A stretch of DNA of 60,492 nt, counting the filler, from Basidioascus undulatus (Eukaryota), in NCBI GenBank assembly GCA_000826855.1. It is 7 parts of 7 records of this genome, joined end to end, with 100 filler letters (N's around TTAATTAATTAA, not from the genome) between each part and the next. Parts side by side here need not be neighbours in the genome. Positions count along the whole stretch, not along the records: positions 8,673 to 17,243 come from JTLS01001372.1; positions 17,344 to 25,909 come from JTLS01001373.1; 5 more parts are not named here. One strand, 5' to 3'. Below, piece by piece: positions 11,310 through 23,711 of the stretch. Each line of letters starts with the position of its first letter. Position 1 is the first letter of the stretch. The notes beneath the pieces are model-generated. The model ran no database searches. It had not been told where the DNA came from and saw only the letters and a list, made by a program, of their open reading frames with translations. The position numbers and the translations under genes were made by a program.

Positions 11310-13981
11310 ACGAAACGACCAATGTGACTCGAGCGCTCGAGGAGCTCATGCGACAGCAACGATAGCAGGGCGAAATCTTCCTCAAGCAGAACGAGGAGAT
11401 GTGTCGGTTTCTCCGCTCTATGGACGAGCGCCAGGCTGCTCTGGGTCAGTCCTTGGATCCCTTGCACATGATTGTTATCTTACCGGCGTATGGCGCTGCG
11501 CAGACACATCTCGCCTGCCTATCGCGAGTGTCCCGGCCAAGAGCGGGAGCGCGTAGAACCCGCTGTACAAGTTGGCCATGGTCGAGATCGACAAGCAGAC
11601 CGAGAAGGTCGAAATCGACAAGCAGACCGAGAAGTGGCGCGGGAGCCTGGATGTCCTGCTCGAATTTGTGGGTATCCATTTCAAGGAATCTTATGGACAG
11701 GGGCAATGCTCATGCTGGAAGATTGGGCGGTGTTGCAGATCGGTCTGTTCTCTGCCATCGTCACAGCCTTTCTCATCGAATCGCTGGGGAACCTCAAGCC
11801 GGACGAGGCGGTGCGGACGAACGAGCTTTTGGCCAACCTCACCGATATTGTTATCAAGATCAGCGGCGCCAACGTAGCGAGCTTGAACGTGACGGCTCCC
11901 GCCGTCTTCGAGTCGGACCCCAACCACGTTCTTCTCAACGTTTACTGGTCCCTTTCCCTCATAATCAGCGTGAGTTTAGAACGTCTGAACGGCTATTAGC
12001 AGATATGGAGCTGACAGTCCTGGGCGTTTTCACAAAGATCTCCATTGCGATCTTGCCGTTGCCGGCAGGGCGTTTGTCGCTGGCCTCACGCAGTCCAGCC
12101 ATTCCAGCGCGATGAAGAAGCTCACCGACATCTACCGGCGCTGGGACACTGCCCAATCTTCTCTCTCACGCTTCATCAGCTGCTTACCTGCGCTGCTCAT
12201 CGTCCCCGTTGGGCTCTTCATAATCGGCTTGCTCGATGCCCTCTTCTCGATTGCATTCCAACCCTCACATCCTTCGATAACCATCATCACCTCGTCCACG
12301 CTTTCAGGCGCTTCGATTGTGGTTGTGATGGCCTTCTTGCTCGCAACCCTCGTACATGCGTGCAGGGAGATATATTCTCTGTTTCGGACGCCGTTGTCGC
12401 TCTTCTTCAGCCCGCCGGCATCGGAAAGGCTTCGTGCTCCGTTCGACGCTCCATCATCTCTTACCGATACGAACAAGAGGACGCCATTTTGCAGGGTCGC
12501 AGTCGAGGATGAGCATCTTGAGCAGGCGGCGGCGGCTTTTGCCGAATCGACGGTGTCTTCTCGCACGGACACTCGCTTTAATCCGTTGAGCCTTGATGAA
12601 GTCCTCACTTGCGTACACTTGCTCTCGGCCGAGGCTAGCTTTCGAAGCAATCTGACAGCAGAAGCCGTAATAGAGGCCCACCCCTGTATGAGATGTCTCC
12701 CCTTCTGATTCCTCAGGCTTACCTTGGCCCTTGACAACTTTCTTATCCAGTGCCGTACCACGATGTCCACCTTGCCTTGATGGTCTCTGGGTTGCTGATG
12801 CCGCGCGATGTCACTTGCAGTGCGGTCTCGACACGGCCAATCCAGTTTTGTCCGCGGTCTTCTTGCTTTTCTGGCGCACGTTGCGTCTCAGTGACTGGGA
12901 GGACTTTCAAGAAGCCATCAAGCGGTCTCCCGCACTAGCTGCACTACTTCTGATGTGCCCACATGACTCGGGTAGGCCATTGTCCATCCGTGACCACGGC
13001 GACCTCATATCTGACGTCTCGAATGTCGGGCTGGTAGTGTGGGGGGAGCATGTCTCCGCTTCCCTGCTCTGGCGATGTTACTGTTGTTGTTAGGCCGTTG
13101 CCCGGCTTCTACCCGACGTGACAATTCATGTCCCCAGCTTGTCCGCACTTTTGAATTTTCATCTCTAACATGGAGAGGATCACCTCTGAACGGACAAATG
13201 ACTTGTTTTTGGCTTCGCTATTGGCGACAATACGGCATCTCAACAGTGACGTTGAGTTTGCGGAGTTGCTGCCAACACTCGATTACGCCGCAATCGTGGA
13301 TGGCTCAGTTTACGGATGCTGCGTCGTTGGAGAGCTCCTGCAATGTGCAACACGTCCTCTTTCGCCACGGGAATTCGATCTTTCTAGGCGTCTTTCGCCG
13401 GCTGCTTAGGCGGAAATTCTTCTCCGGGAAAATACCCATGCCTTCTTCGCCTTGGACTACCTCATTCCGCCTTTCCTGAATATCGCTTCTCATCTTGGTC
13501 TTTGCGACCGCGATCCGCAAGGCCTGACCCGCCGGGCGCTTTTCAAAGCTTGCTGCAGGAAAGCAGGCGCCACTTGCAGGAGACACTTGCCCTTCTCTCG
13601 GAGGTGCACATGGATTGGGCCACACTCTACGGTAGGCACCGCGTCCCATTGATCACTTTACCAATCCACCCACTGACCTGGTATCTCGTCAGAGGCGAGA
13701 ACGATCCGCTCCCCGATCCATCCCCTACTTTTTCAGAAGCTTCTTCGGCAGCAGCCCCTGTTGCACCTTCGCCCCCAGACGCACCCACCGCCCTGCCGAT
13801 CGACCCAAAAATCGCAGCTTCGACAACAGAGCGCAGTTCGGCGCGGATCCGCGTCCACGGCGTTCTCGCCTGCGCTCGTACTTGGCTCGCAGCGGCGCTC
13901 GCCAGCGTGACGTGCGCGATCTCGAAATGGCGCCGAGGTTGCAAGAGCTTGAGGACGAGTGACGGGCTGTTTAGTATCTGA
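11310..13981 (+). pseudogene. DUF6535-domain membrane protein, disrupted
   Basis: KWRGSLDVLLEF|IGLFSAIVTAFLIESL..LKPD..RTNELL and NVYWSLSLIIS motifs. In-frame TAG at 11363 and 11554, and a 1-nt frameshift near 12054. Start and end approximate. Confidence 0.7.
11581..11634 (+). repeat. 27-bp tandem duplication (VEIDKQTEK x2)
   Basis: gtcgagatcgacaagcagaccgagaag / gtcgaaatcgacaagcagaccgagaag, one mismatch. Confidence 0.9.
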
Positions 13982-14857
13982 GGAGGACGGTCCTAGTGCG
14001 TTGTTGGCCATTGGTGCTTGACGGCTCGAGTGCTGTTTGACCTCATTGTGAACCAGACCCGAAGCTCTAGTCCGACAGCGACGACGTTTGCGTAGCTCGA
14101 TAGTAGACTCACTTTCTCTTGTCTATGTGGTTTTGTTTGCTCTTGTATCAAAGATCCGTTTCAGTTCACTCTTATCCTTAACTGTGGGAACGTGCTTGCG
14201 CTTAATGCCAGCCTTCTATTAGGCGTGATCGACGTCCATGTTGGGAGAAGTAGGAGAGCTGTACAAGTAGAGAGTCCCGCCCATAATTTTAACAAGTATT
14301 GTAGCATCGTGGCTGAGATTCGGCCAGGGCTCCCTGACAGCGGGTCCTAAGCAACATGCATGGCATCAGAGTGTAACGATGCCACGAACCCTCATAACGA
14401 CTGAGCAAGGTGCCTGACTACCCCGATCAAAAGCTTTGAAAGCAATTGTTTGAAGATGACATCCGTTTCTGCAGCATGCTCATCAAGCTGTGGGACCAGA
14501 AATTCGCTTATACGTTGCGCGAACCTCTTGCCAGTCAGCGCTCAGAGACATCTGAAGTCGATGTAATTTCACAGTAGTGAACTTTGAGAGGGCATATCAA
14601 ATCTCCTGCCACAAGCTGATCACGCACGAACGTGGTAGTGGACGAAACGGCTGCTGCAGGATGACTGCACTTCAACCATCTCCGTCCAGTCCTCTTATGT
14701 ACGTCACTCGCATTTCGCCCTCAGAAGTAGGTACCGCGTTGGGTCTTTCATGCCGCACACGAACAGTCTTCTATAAGTCTGTAGCACAAGTGTATCCTTC
14801 GTGCTATCCAGCAGCGAAGGCACTACCAAATCTAAACAACATCGCGCGGACCCCTCT

Positions 14858-16408
14858 TTAAGCAAAAGCAAAGTACGGATTGAACAATCCAGTACCCCCC
14901 GAGTTGAGCCACGACTTCTCCATCCCATCCCCAATCTCGAAGGGCGGCGTCGGCGTGCGATCCAGCCTGGACGACGCGATGCTCCCCTCAGCCTCCAACG
15001 GCCCAAGGAACCTGATAGAGCTCCGGCGGCGATCTAGGAGCTGCGGGCGCGGCAGCGTAGCGTCCAGTCTCGGCGTGCTGATGAGGGCGGGCGAGTCGCG
15101 CTCGGGCGTGCGCGCGAGGTGGTCCGGGTGCGGCGAGAAGCGGACAGAGCTACGGCGTCGGTGGGGGTGGGCGCGGGAGCGCGGAGGAGAGTATGGGTGC
15201 ACCACAGCGGGCGCGGAGGAGCGGCGGAACATGGACCCGAGTGCGAGGTAGGGCGAGTCAATGAGGGACGGCGGAGTGGGCGGAGGGGGCTTTGGGCCGC
15301 GGAAAGAGAGGCGACGTTTGAGCGGGGGCAGGCCGGGGATGCGACGCAGCGGCAGCGGAGTGATGACTCGTGCTGATGCCTTCCGATGCGACGAGCGAGG
15401 GACGAAGATGTCTGGGAGCGAGGCACGCTGAGCGCGCAGGAACGGGCGCGGCGGTGGCGGCGGCGAGTATTCCGGGCTCGAGGCGATCTCCGGCGTGTTG
15501 GGTGGGGGAGAAGCGCACAACGGGCTGAAGCCGAGCCGGTCGGCGATGCTGAACCTCGTTGGCGAGAAGAGGCGCTCGCGCTCGAGGGTCGGGCAGTCCG
15601 CCAATGCCGAGGCGACCGACGCGCAGGTGTCGAGCGGAGAAGGAGCGTCATGGACCGCGCACGCCGAGGGTACGCTGATGCCGAGGTCGAGGCCAAGCCC
15701 TAGCCCGAGTCTGAGCCCGAGCCCAGCGCCAGCGCCAGCGCTCGGTCGGAAGGGCGCGACGCTCGACAGGTCGATGCGGCGCGGCGGAGCGAGACGGCGG
15801 GGTCGTGGTGCGGGCATAGGAACAGCCTGGGTGATGGTTGGGAGCGGCATGAGGGGTGAAGCGAGCGGGTGTGGTGGCAGGGCGGGGGAGGGGAACGGCG
15901 TAGACGACCTGCTGCCCTTGACGAAGTTCGTCACGCGCTTCCTATACGCGAGGGTCGCGCCGAGACGGGGAGTGCGCACGACATCATCCGCGTCCGACTC
16001 CCATGCGACGGCGCCGTCGTCGTCGACGTAGCTCGCAGTCTTGTGGACGAGGACAGGGCGTTTCGGGAGGTGGGGCGTGAGCGCGAACGGCGAGAGCGGG
16101 AGGATGGCGATCATCGCGTACGGCTCGGGCGCGGGCAGGTCGAGCTTTGCGACGCTCGGGCACTCGAGCTCTGGAGAGGGAAGCGGCGAGTCGATTTCGG
16201 AGAGCGACTTCTCGTCGGACGACAGCGACGATGGCCAAGAGGTGAAGTCCGTCGCCGACTCCGTGCCGGACAGGGGTTCATCGCAGATGATCGCGTCCGA
16301 CGCGGACGAGAGGATCGAGGACGAGGTGGCCGCAGAACACGTGAAAGGGGACGAGTACGGCGAGCGCGGCTCGGCGAAGGGGCGCGGCGAGGGGAGGAGG
16401 ATGGCCAT
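14858..16408 (-). CDS. Intronless Pro/Ser/Arg-rich hypothetical protein (about 516 aa)
   Basis: Long ORF with GC-rich coding-like codon use from MAILLPSPRP (ATG 16408) to ...GLFNPYFAFA*. The upstream extension in the ORF track looks like UTR/promoter. Confidence 0.65.
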   Translation of the reverse strand: MAILLPSPRPFAEPRSPYSSPFTCSAATSSSILSSASDAIICDEPLSGTESATDFTSWPSSLSSDEKSLSEIDSPLPSPELECPSVAKLDLPAPEPYAMIAILPLSPFALTPHLPKRPVLVHKTASYVDDDGAVAWESDADDVVRTPRLGATLAYRKRVTNFVKGSRSSTPFPSPALPPHPLASPLMPLPTITQAVPMPAPRPRRLAPPRRIDLSSVAPFRPSAGAGAGLGLRLGLGLGLDLGISVPSACAVHDAPSPLDTCASVASALADCPTLERERLFSPTRFSIADRLGFSPLCASPPPNTPEIASSPEYSPPPPPRPFLRAQRASLPDIFVPRSSHRKASARVITPLPLRRIPGLPPLKRRLSFRGPKPPPPTPPSLIDSPYLALGSMFRRSSAPAVVHPYSPPRSRAHPHRRRSSVRFSPHPDHLARTPERDSPALISTPRLDATLPRPQLLDRRRSSIRFLGPLEAEGSIASSRLDRTPTPPFEIGDGMEKSWLNSGGTGLFNPYFAFA

Positions 16409-16704
16409 TGCTGCGGTTTTGCGAACTGCAAACACCCTCAAGGTCAGCGAGGTAACCAACTTCAACGTTGACGACGGACGCACGAGAAGGAATGCTTTCC
16501 TGAAGCTAATATGAGAACGAGCTAGTCGATAACGCGATGGACCGTTCGGATGGGGCGGAGCGGTAGTACCAGCTCGAAGCGATGACTTGGGCGACAGAAC
16601 CTTCTCTCCGGGAGAAGGGCGTTGAGGAGATGAGCGAGATTGAAAGCGAGAGTACGAAAGCGAGTAGAACGAGGAGAAGGGAGAAGAGGGCGGCATGATA
16701 GGGG

Positions 16705-16711
16705 TTTTATA
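16705..16711 (-). promoter_or_regulatory. Possible TATA box (TATAAAA)
   Basis: About 300 bp upstream of ATG 16408 and followed by pyrimidine-rich sequence on the minus strand. Confidence 0.3.
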
Positions 16712-17243
16712 AGCGGGAGAGCGAGAGCGGTCTGAATCGTGATGACGGCTCGCGGTCCGACACGCACTGTCCATCGGACTCGGCCTCAGTCTCGATGCCA
16801 ATACGATCGACAACAGCCGCTTGAATGACGGTTTAAGGGGAAACATAAAGATCTAGACCTGGTCAGTAGATGCTTGGCTGCCAAGCAGTCTGAAGGGCGT
16901 GAAGAGAGGACCAAGATAAGCAAGCATTTCGTGCCGGTTCATGGCAGTGTACAGGCTGATTCTGAGCGATAATATAGCGGGACACCTTAGAGGAGTTTCT
17001 TGCGGTGCTCCGGGTGATGGTCGGTTTCTGTCAATAAAGATGTCGGCTCATCAGCTGCTGAGTGTAGCATCAAATTGCGACGGGGCGGAAGCAAAGAACG
17101 GCGTGATGATACGAACTCACCCCAGTCGACTGTAGCGCCAAGCCCGGTCAGTTTTAGCCACCATACAACGAACAACGTCTGAGAGGCTTCAGGAACGTAC
17201 CGTGCACGTGCGAGCGGGTCACGCCCGGCAGGTCCTCAAGCGC

Positions 17244-17343
17244 NNNNNNNNNNNNNNNNNNNNNNNNNNNNNNNNNNNNNNNNNNNNTTAATTAATTAAN
17301 NNNNNNNNNNNNNNNNNNNNNNNNNNNNNNNNNNNNNNNNNNN
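17244..17343. other. Artificial contig linker
   Basis: N44-TTAATTAATTAA-N44. Confidence 0.97.
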
Positions 17344-17345
17344 CC

Positions 17346-17684
17346 CCGCCCTCCTCAACACCCATCCTCACGCCCCCCAACTCGCCCCCCGGCTGCCCGC
17401 GCCCTCTCAGCCTGGACGAGATCGGGATGTTTCCCCGCGATAAGCGTCAGACGGAGGAGGTTTATCTGGCGAGGGCGTTTGGGGAGGAGGATGGGGAGGG
17501 GGAGGAGGAGGATGAGAGCGGGGAGGATGTCGAGGCCCCTCCGAGCGTGTTTGGGCGACTGGCGGAGGAGGGGCTGGAGCTGCCTAGGTGGTCGGGATGG
17601 AGGATGCGGGGAAGGGGCTGGAGCATGCACTACCGCGCATTCGGATTAGGCCGGACGGAGGAGGAGCAGCAAGGAGGCTTGTGA
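17346..17684 (+). CDS. 3' end of a hypothetical protein (acidic tract)
   Basis: Frame open from the contig start (PPSSTPILTPPNSPPGCPRPLSLDEIGMFPRD...EEEQQGGL*); no family recognised. Confidence 0.4.
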   Translation, partial: PPSSTPILTPPNSPPGCPRPLSLDEIGMFPRDKRQTEEVYLARAFGEEDGEGEEEDESGEDVEAPPSVFGRLAEEGLELPRWSGWRMRGRGWSMHYRAFGLGRTEEEQQGGL

Positions 17685-20529
17685 TGCGCAATACGACCGA
17701 GGGGATCGCTTCTTGGACTAGCACCGTACGTCGCGCTTTTCTGTGACGGTGCATGCGCTTCGGGGGCTGACGGGCGGCAGGTCCTAGGCGCAGACAAACA
17801 CAGATACCGGACACGCACCTCCCCTCCCCGCAACATACCGTCTCCTTCCCCTTCCTTTCCCGCGGCTCTGAACCCTTCGAGCACAGAACACAGAACACAG
17901 TCATACCCCTTCTTGGACATATACCCCTTCTGATCTCAGCTAGGCCACACGCAATACCGTGTCGCCCTGAAATATCCGTCCTATCGCTGTCCCACTCGCT
18001 AGGTACCGAATCGTACCCTTCTTCGTCCTTCGCTCGCTCGCTGTTGCTGTCAATCAGTATTCACTTCCGATATCGGGTACCATGCTCCGTCCTAGTTGCG
18101 TGTGTGCAGTGTGAGTGTGCCTACCGGTGGACGTGTGTGCTGTGCCGTCGGCACTAGAAGACTGAAGGGCCAGACCATTAGAGCATCTCGTCTGGCCGGA
18201 CCTGCCGTGCGCGCCTTGCACAATTACTCATAAGCACTTGTGATGGATACTGGGAGGGTTGAACGAAGAAGAATAAGTGGGAAATGCTCCCCCGCACCGC
18301 AAACGCGCACGCGCAGTGCGCAGCCAACATCTGGACCCGACATGCACGTCAACATGCAACACCACCCTCCCCCAGCACGGCGTGCTCATCGCAATCAAAA
18401 AAAAAATGTGGTTGCGTGCAATAATTCTATTCAAGCATCAAGATGGTTGTGAATGAGAAGCTGGGTGGAGCAGGAAGGTTCCTGCAGTCTGCAACGGAGG
18501 CGGGCAGAAGTGGGCAGAGGGAATGGCGGGAGATATGATACAGGTCCACGGGCAGATAATGATTGAAGAGCCAGAACATGTTGGGAGATATGGGTTTGCG
18601 GCGAATGGTAACGGTCGAAGGGACGAAGGTGAAAGCGGAAGTTGCACGGGAGCCCGGTTCTATGCAAGTAGTGTGCGATAGAGAAAAGCAGACACTTATT
18701 ATGTATATTTTTGAATTTCTAGAGTGAAAACTTGCTCATGAGCGCCGAGATCATGTCGGGCGCAGAGGGTCGCCCGGCCGGCTGCAACAGCGCAACAAGC
18801 GAAAGACACGCAGTCCAGAAAGGAAGATGATGGCATTGGATCATAGAGTGTAGGAGAACTGTGATCTATATGAAAGTCTCCCCGAGTTTCTCTTTGCAGT
18901 TTGCCTGCGGAAGCTCCTCACGCTCGAGCCGCAGTGCCGCGAGTTCTGCATCCAGATGTCAAATCCCGACAACCAGCTCTGCCTCCCTCCGTTGAACTCA
19001 AGCCGGCAGAGACAAAATAAAACGTTGGGTTGTCATAGATGCATATCATTTGCAGGCCTATCACTGAGTCTCGGCAGGGTTTCACGATGTGCCCAAGTCG
19101 AAGGAGTCCAGCGAGGTCGGACTCGGGGCGCTGATGAGAGGTCTTAGTCTCCGGTGGAAGCCTTCGGATGCTCTCCAAAATTGATACTGAGATTTACTAC
19201 TGTTTTGGGGGTGAATCTTGGGGCGATGAACAGCGTGTCCGGCATGTTTTGCTGTATTATGCACTGTGCTGAACGCGATCTGACATTGTCATAATGTACA
19301 TGTGAGTTTGAGGAGCACCGGCTGCTGGAGTTATCATCAACAAGTTAAACTTAAACTTCGATAAGGTACAACACGATTATTTATAGCGGGCACGACTTCT
19401 CTCCACGTTGGATCTTCATCCGGCCACTCGGCGAACTGGCTCCCGTGAGAGACGAGATGGTGCTAGACGGAATCGGGCGGAAAAAGATTAAGGGCTGTAT
19501 AATGGCAACTGGTTCACCGGTAAGAAGACGGAATAATGGAAAAAAGTGAGGGAGACGACTGTGCGCCCACAGCCAATGCACAAGACGCTCACGGCTCACA
19601 GTGAAGCTCTCAGCGTGAGGCTGGCTGGCAGGGCAGGTCTGCAGCTGCAGCTTCACCGACGACGAGGCTGTTCGCCGCTGTGTTGCATTTCGTCTCAGAG
19701 GAAGCATTTCTCTTCCTAGTGTTCTCCATAAGAATCTACTCCCTTGCCTTTTGTCTGCTGGACATGAGCTGAAACACGGCAGTGCCGCCCGGCAGCGCTC
19801 ATTGCTTCTTTCAACGCTCATGGCAAGGCCACCTAACTGCAATGCTGCAAACGCGTGATTGACATGTCGCAATGTGCTACAGGTAAACTAGACAATATTC
19901 TATTGAAACCTTGTATGTTAACAATTGCACAAAAACCGCTCTGCTCCGGGAGTTCAATTGCTTGCCTCCCAGCCTCGTCCTTCAAGCTGTACAGGACCAA
20001 ACCTTTACTCTGCCCCATAAATACCCTTCGCCCCCACGGCCCGTCCCCTTTCCTCATGACGGTACTCCATAGGATCATATTCTATAGGAAGTATCCAGTC
20101 TCGCAGATTTACATCTGCCACCTCGTTACACGGGCGACGAAGATTTGCAACCCCCTCCCTTTCCACCGAGAATTCTGCGCTGCCCTCGAGTGGTTGCCTC
20201 GATGACGTGTACGCTCTGCCGCCTGGATGCTTCCCTGAAGCGCTGGGATGGCGGTGCGTGAGGGATTGTGGGCGTCGGCTGATGCCCGTCTCAATATTTT
20301 CCTTTACGTAGAGTATAACCCTAACCCTATGGAGGTGGAACTTGTGCGCCTAGCCGCTGGCGTCCTTCAGCTCGAATGTATTTGTACGACTGTACGTCAT
20401 AATGTTACCCATGATTTTGAGAAGCAGCTGTCTATTGGTATTCGGCTGGAACTGGTGTTGCGAGCGAGTCTTATCGGTAGGTGATGTTCATCGTTTGCAC
20501 TTGGGGGACAACTAATTACTTGAGATTAA

Positions 20530-20611
20530 GGCCTGATGGTCTAGTCGTACGATTTTCGCTTTGGGTCTACTTGAATGCGAGAGGTCCCGGGTTCAATTCC
20601 CGGTCAGGCCC
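20530..20611 (+). tRNA. tRNA-Pro(TGG) with 10-nt intron
   Basis: GGCCTGA/TCAGGCC acceptor stem, TTCGC/GCGAG anticodon stem, TGG at 20562-20564, intron 20566-20575, GGTTCAATTCC B-box, T5 terminator at 20612. Confidence 0.85.
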
Positions 20612-22117
20612 TTTTTGTTTGTTCTTTTTTTTTAACCTTTGGAACCGGCCGGGGGGCAGGGGGTAGGGCTCCGATATGCTGGACTTTTGCTCGCTCTTTT
20701 GCAGGATGTCCACAGCAGTAGCAGCGAGACCCTTATTTGGAAGATTGCAACGTCGCTCTTTCTTCGCGATGCCTCTGCGCAATGGTCTGCCTCTGTCCTT
20801 TTCTGCATAGTCCGTACAGCACAGTAAGCGTTTTTAAAGAATGTTCACTGCTTTCGGGTTGCCTATCCGTCGCTGAATCTAGTTCAGCTAGGTCTCGGTC
20901 TTCCGTTACCTCTCTTCTCTAAAGCAACTTAATCTGTCTTACATCCGTAGCGCAGAAGGAACAGCCCTCTCAATCGGGCTTCGGTCCTGGGCTTCCGCTG
21001 CGGCTGGAGCATACGTCTCGGCCCACCATTTCCACCTTACCTTTCCATCACCCTTTTTCCTTTTATTCTTTCCCTTCCTATTTTTTTGCCAGAGACACCT
21101 CCCAAAGCAGTACAGCCCGTACCGCCTCGAGCAACATCACCGGCAGTGCCTGCACGGGCGTCGGCGGGGTTCGGCAATGGATCGGGTGTTCCCAAAACCG
21201 AACACCCTCTTCAGTAGCACCTACTGCTATGCTTTCGGGGGGTGCTGGCCCTCTCATATGTTTTGAAAGCTCCTCCACGAATGCTCCACCACTCTAGGCG
21301 TGGATATATGTTGGACGGCGCCACGCGCGTCAGTCGGATGCAGCGAGCAAGCCAGGTAAACTTTGGACGACCCTGGAGCCCTGCTTTCCAGGGCATCAGC
21401 GTACAGTCATTGCATGGAAGAGTTTTGTATGGTGCATTAGAGACTTGATGCCATGAGGAATGTACGGCATAGGGTCCAATCATGGAGGAGCTCTTATCTG
21501 CAGTTTCCCTCTTGTGCTCTTCCACAATAGACTTCCACTTACTGCCACTAGAAGCTATCCTGATGAGGAAAAACTTTTTTGCAGGTGAATTCCAGCATGA
21601 GACTGGTTCGCGCCATGCTGGGCAGGTGCTGCCAAAGGAAGCTGTCAGCTTGAGAACCCGCTGTCAGACGGCGGCTGAGGTCGTACGTGCCGTGGCAGAC
21701 TATTGTGTACCACTCAGAGCTAGTTCAGAGCCAGGAATCAACCACCATACAAAGTACCTTTCACGGACATGTTGACCTTGCGAAATCCACCATTATCACT
21801 TCAGGCGAGGGCTTGTCATAGACTTTCTGCTTGGAGGTTGCACAACGCACCCGGGCCAAACCCGCGGACGTGTTTGTGCCTCTCTTCCACACGTCTTACA
21901 ACACTGACGTCGAGTTTGAGGACTCAAGCAGACATCACTGTCATCATAAGTCCATGCTATCGTAGACTCAACCCGTCCTTGCACCCTATACACGATTCAG
22001 AATTCCAAGAAACCATGAGGTGGTCGAAAGCACACAATAGCCCTGCACGTCCGTCTGAAGCATTGAAACGTGGCTAGAACCACCTGCAGAGTACTTCTGT
22101 GGTGAATGTGTACTCTG

Positions 22118-23711
22118 TTAGCGGAGGAGATCTTGCAAGGGTTGGGATGAGCAGCGAACCTGAACGATCATGCGTTTCCACTCCATTCCCAAGATTTCGT
22201 ACTCCCGATCCCGATCCCAGTCCAGACGAGCCTCAGAGAAGGCCAAGCTTGAGTGCATAGGGGCAGCAAAGTACGGGCTGTTGAATATGCTTGGCCCCAG
22301 GTGGAGAGACAGTCGGTTCGAGAACGAGGATGCGAGAGCCAACTGTCAGGTGGCCTGCAAGCCGGCGAAAAGTCGAGAATCACCTGTCCCAACGACCCAA
22401 AACTGCTACAGAAGAGCCTCTCCTGCCGGAGCTCGCCGAGAAAAGCACATATGGCTCTCCTAAACCACCGCGTTTGATGGCCAGCCCATTCGTCCCAGCG
22501 TACGCTGCCGGTGCGGCCCCTCTGGGCAAGGAGGAGCTGCAGAGGGATGATACACGAAGCTGTGCGTTCGCTTTCGAGGCCTCGTTCTTGTCGAAAATGT
22601 CACGCAAGAGCCACAATACCTCTCTGAGGATCATCGTACGACGTGCGAGAGGAACAGGCCCACAGGCAACGCGGATGTTCTCGCAGGTGAGCCCACTTGC
22701 GGCCGCCGGCAGCTCCAGCCGCGTTATTTGATAAGTGTTCTGCTGTCGCTTGGAGAAATAGAGCAACACCAAAGACGGCGTCATCCCCGGCGTGTGCAGC
22801 ATCAGCTCAGTCAGGAGCACAAGATCCCGAGCGATGAAAGTAAAAGACGAGAATACGGAGTCGTGAGGGGTGTAAAGCGACTCGATGAGCTATCCAAGAA
22901 TACCGACTGGTCAGCTCGACCCCAGGAAGCAAAAGTCCGGTGCAAGAGCTCAACATACCAGAAGCGGTTCTATCGTAGCCCACTGCCGAAGTACGAAGCT
23001 CCAGACATCTAATATCCCGACGCAGCCTTCGACAACCTGCAGTCGCCTCCCCTGGGAGAACAGAGCCGGATAGGGGGGACCCAGGACCTGCTTGATAATG
23101 GAATGCGAGCCGGTCGAGGTCTGCGCCAGCGGATGCGGCCGGCCAGAAGCGAGCGAGAAGAGCGCAAGCGCAGCTCGTATTCGACCGTCTCCAGGCTCTG
23201 GGCGCCGGTCATCCATGGACCCTGAAAGGTTTCGACAAGTATGGCAAGGTCTGTGTCTCGTCGGCAAGGAGACTATAAAGCTCGAAAGCAATGTGCCGGT
23301 CCCAGACCGGCACAAGTTTCCAGTTAGAAGATGGTGTCCGCCTCTCTTCTTGGAAGGATCGTACATCACCAGATGACCCTCTTCATGAACAACATAATTA
23401 GAGCCGCTCAAGGGGCAGTAAAGATGGACCACGTCCTCGCTCGTCCCAGGGCCGTCGAGGTCCGTCCGCTCGGGAAAGCGGCCGGTGACGACAGAGGCAA
23501 GCTGCTGGTCAAGCGCGTCAAGCGCCTTCGGAGCACCGGGAAGCGTCGATGTGAGCGAAAGTGTGATAGCGAGCTTAACGCTGCGCTCTTGACTGAGGGC
23601 ATGGAGACGACGGCTGGTCGCAGTGCAGCGCAGGATCGAGCGGGCGTCCAGGTTTGAAAGGATCGTAGTGAGCAGCTCGTCGTGCAGGATCAAGAGCGAT
23701 GGGGAAGACAT
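22118..23711 (-). CDS. F-box-like protein, possibly degenerate
   Basis: N-terminal LLILHDELLTTILSNLDARSILRCTATSRRL is F-box-like. Downstream coding-like blocks need an intron (donor near 22957) and probably frameshifts. The 3' end is approximate. Confidence 0.55.

Noticed and set aside
16409..16846. N-terminal extension of the 662-aa ORF
   Set aside because: Pyrimidine-rich, UTR-like sequence containing a TATA-like box; coding-like composition begins at ATG 16408.
19131..19175. CTGATGA as a hammerhead ribozyme core
   Set aside because: No GAAA after a stem II, and no supporting stems I and III.
17700..22100. Short ORFs in the gene-poor stretch as transposon genes
   Set aside because: No recognisable RT, integrase or transposase motifs, LTRs or TIRs; only tRNA-Pro is supportable.
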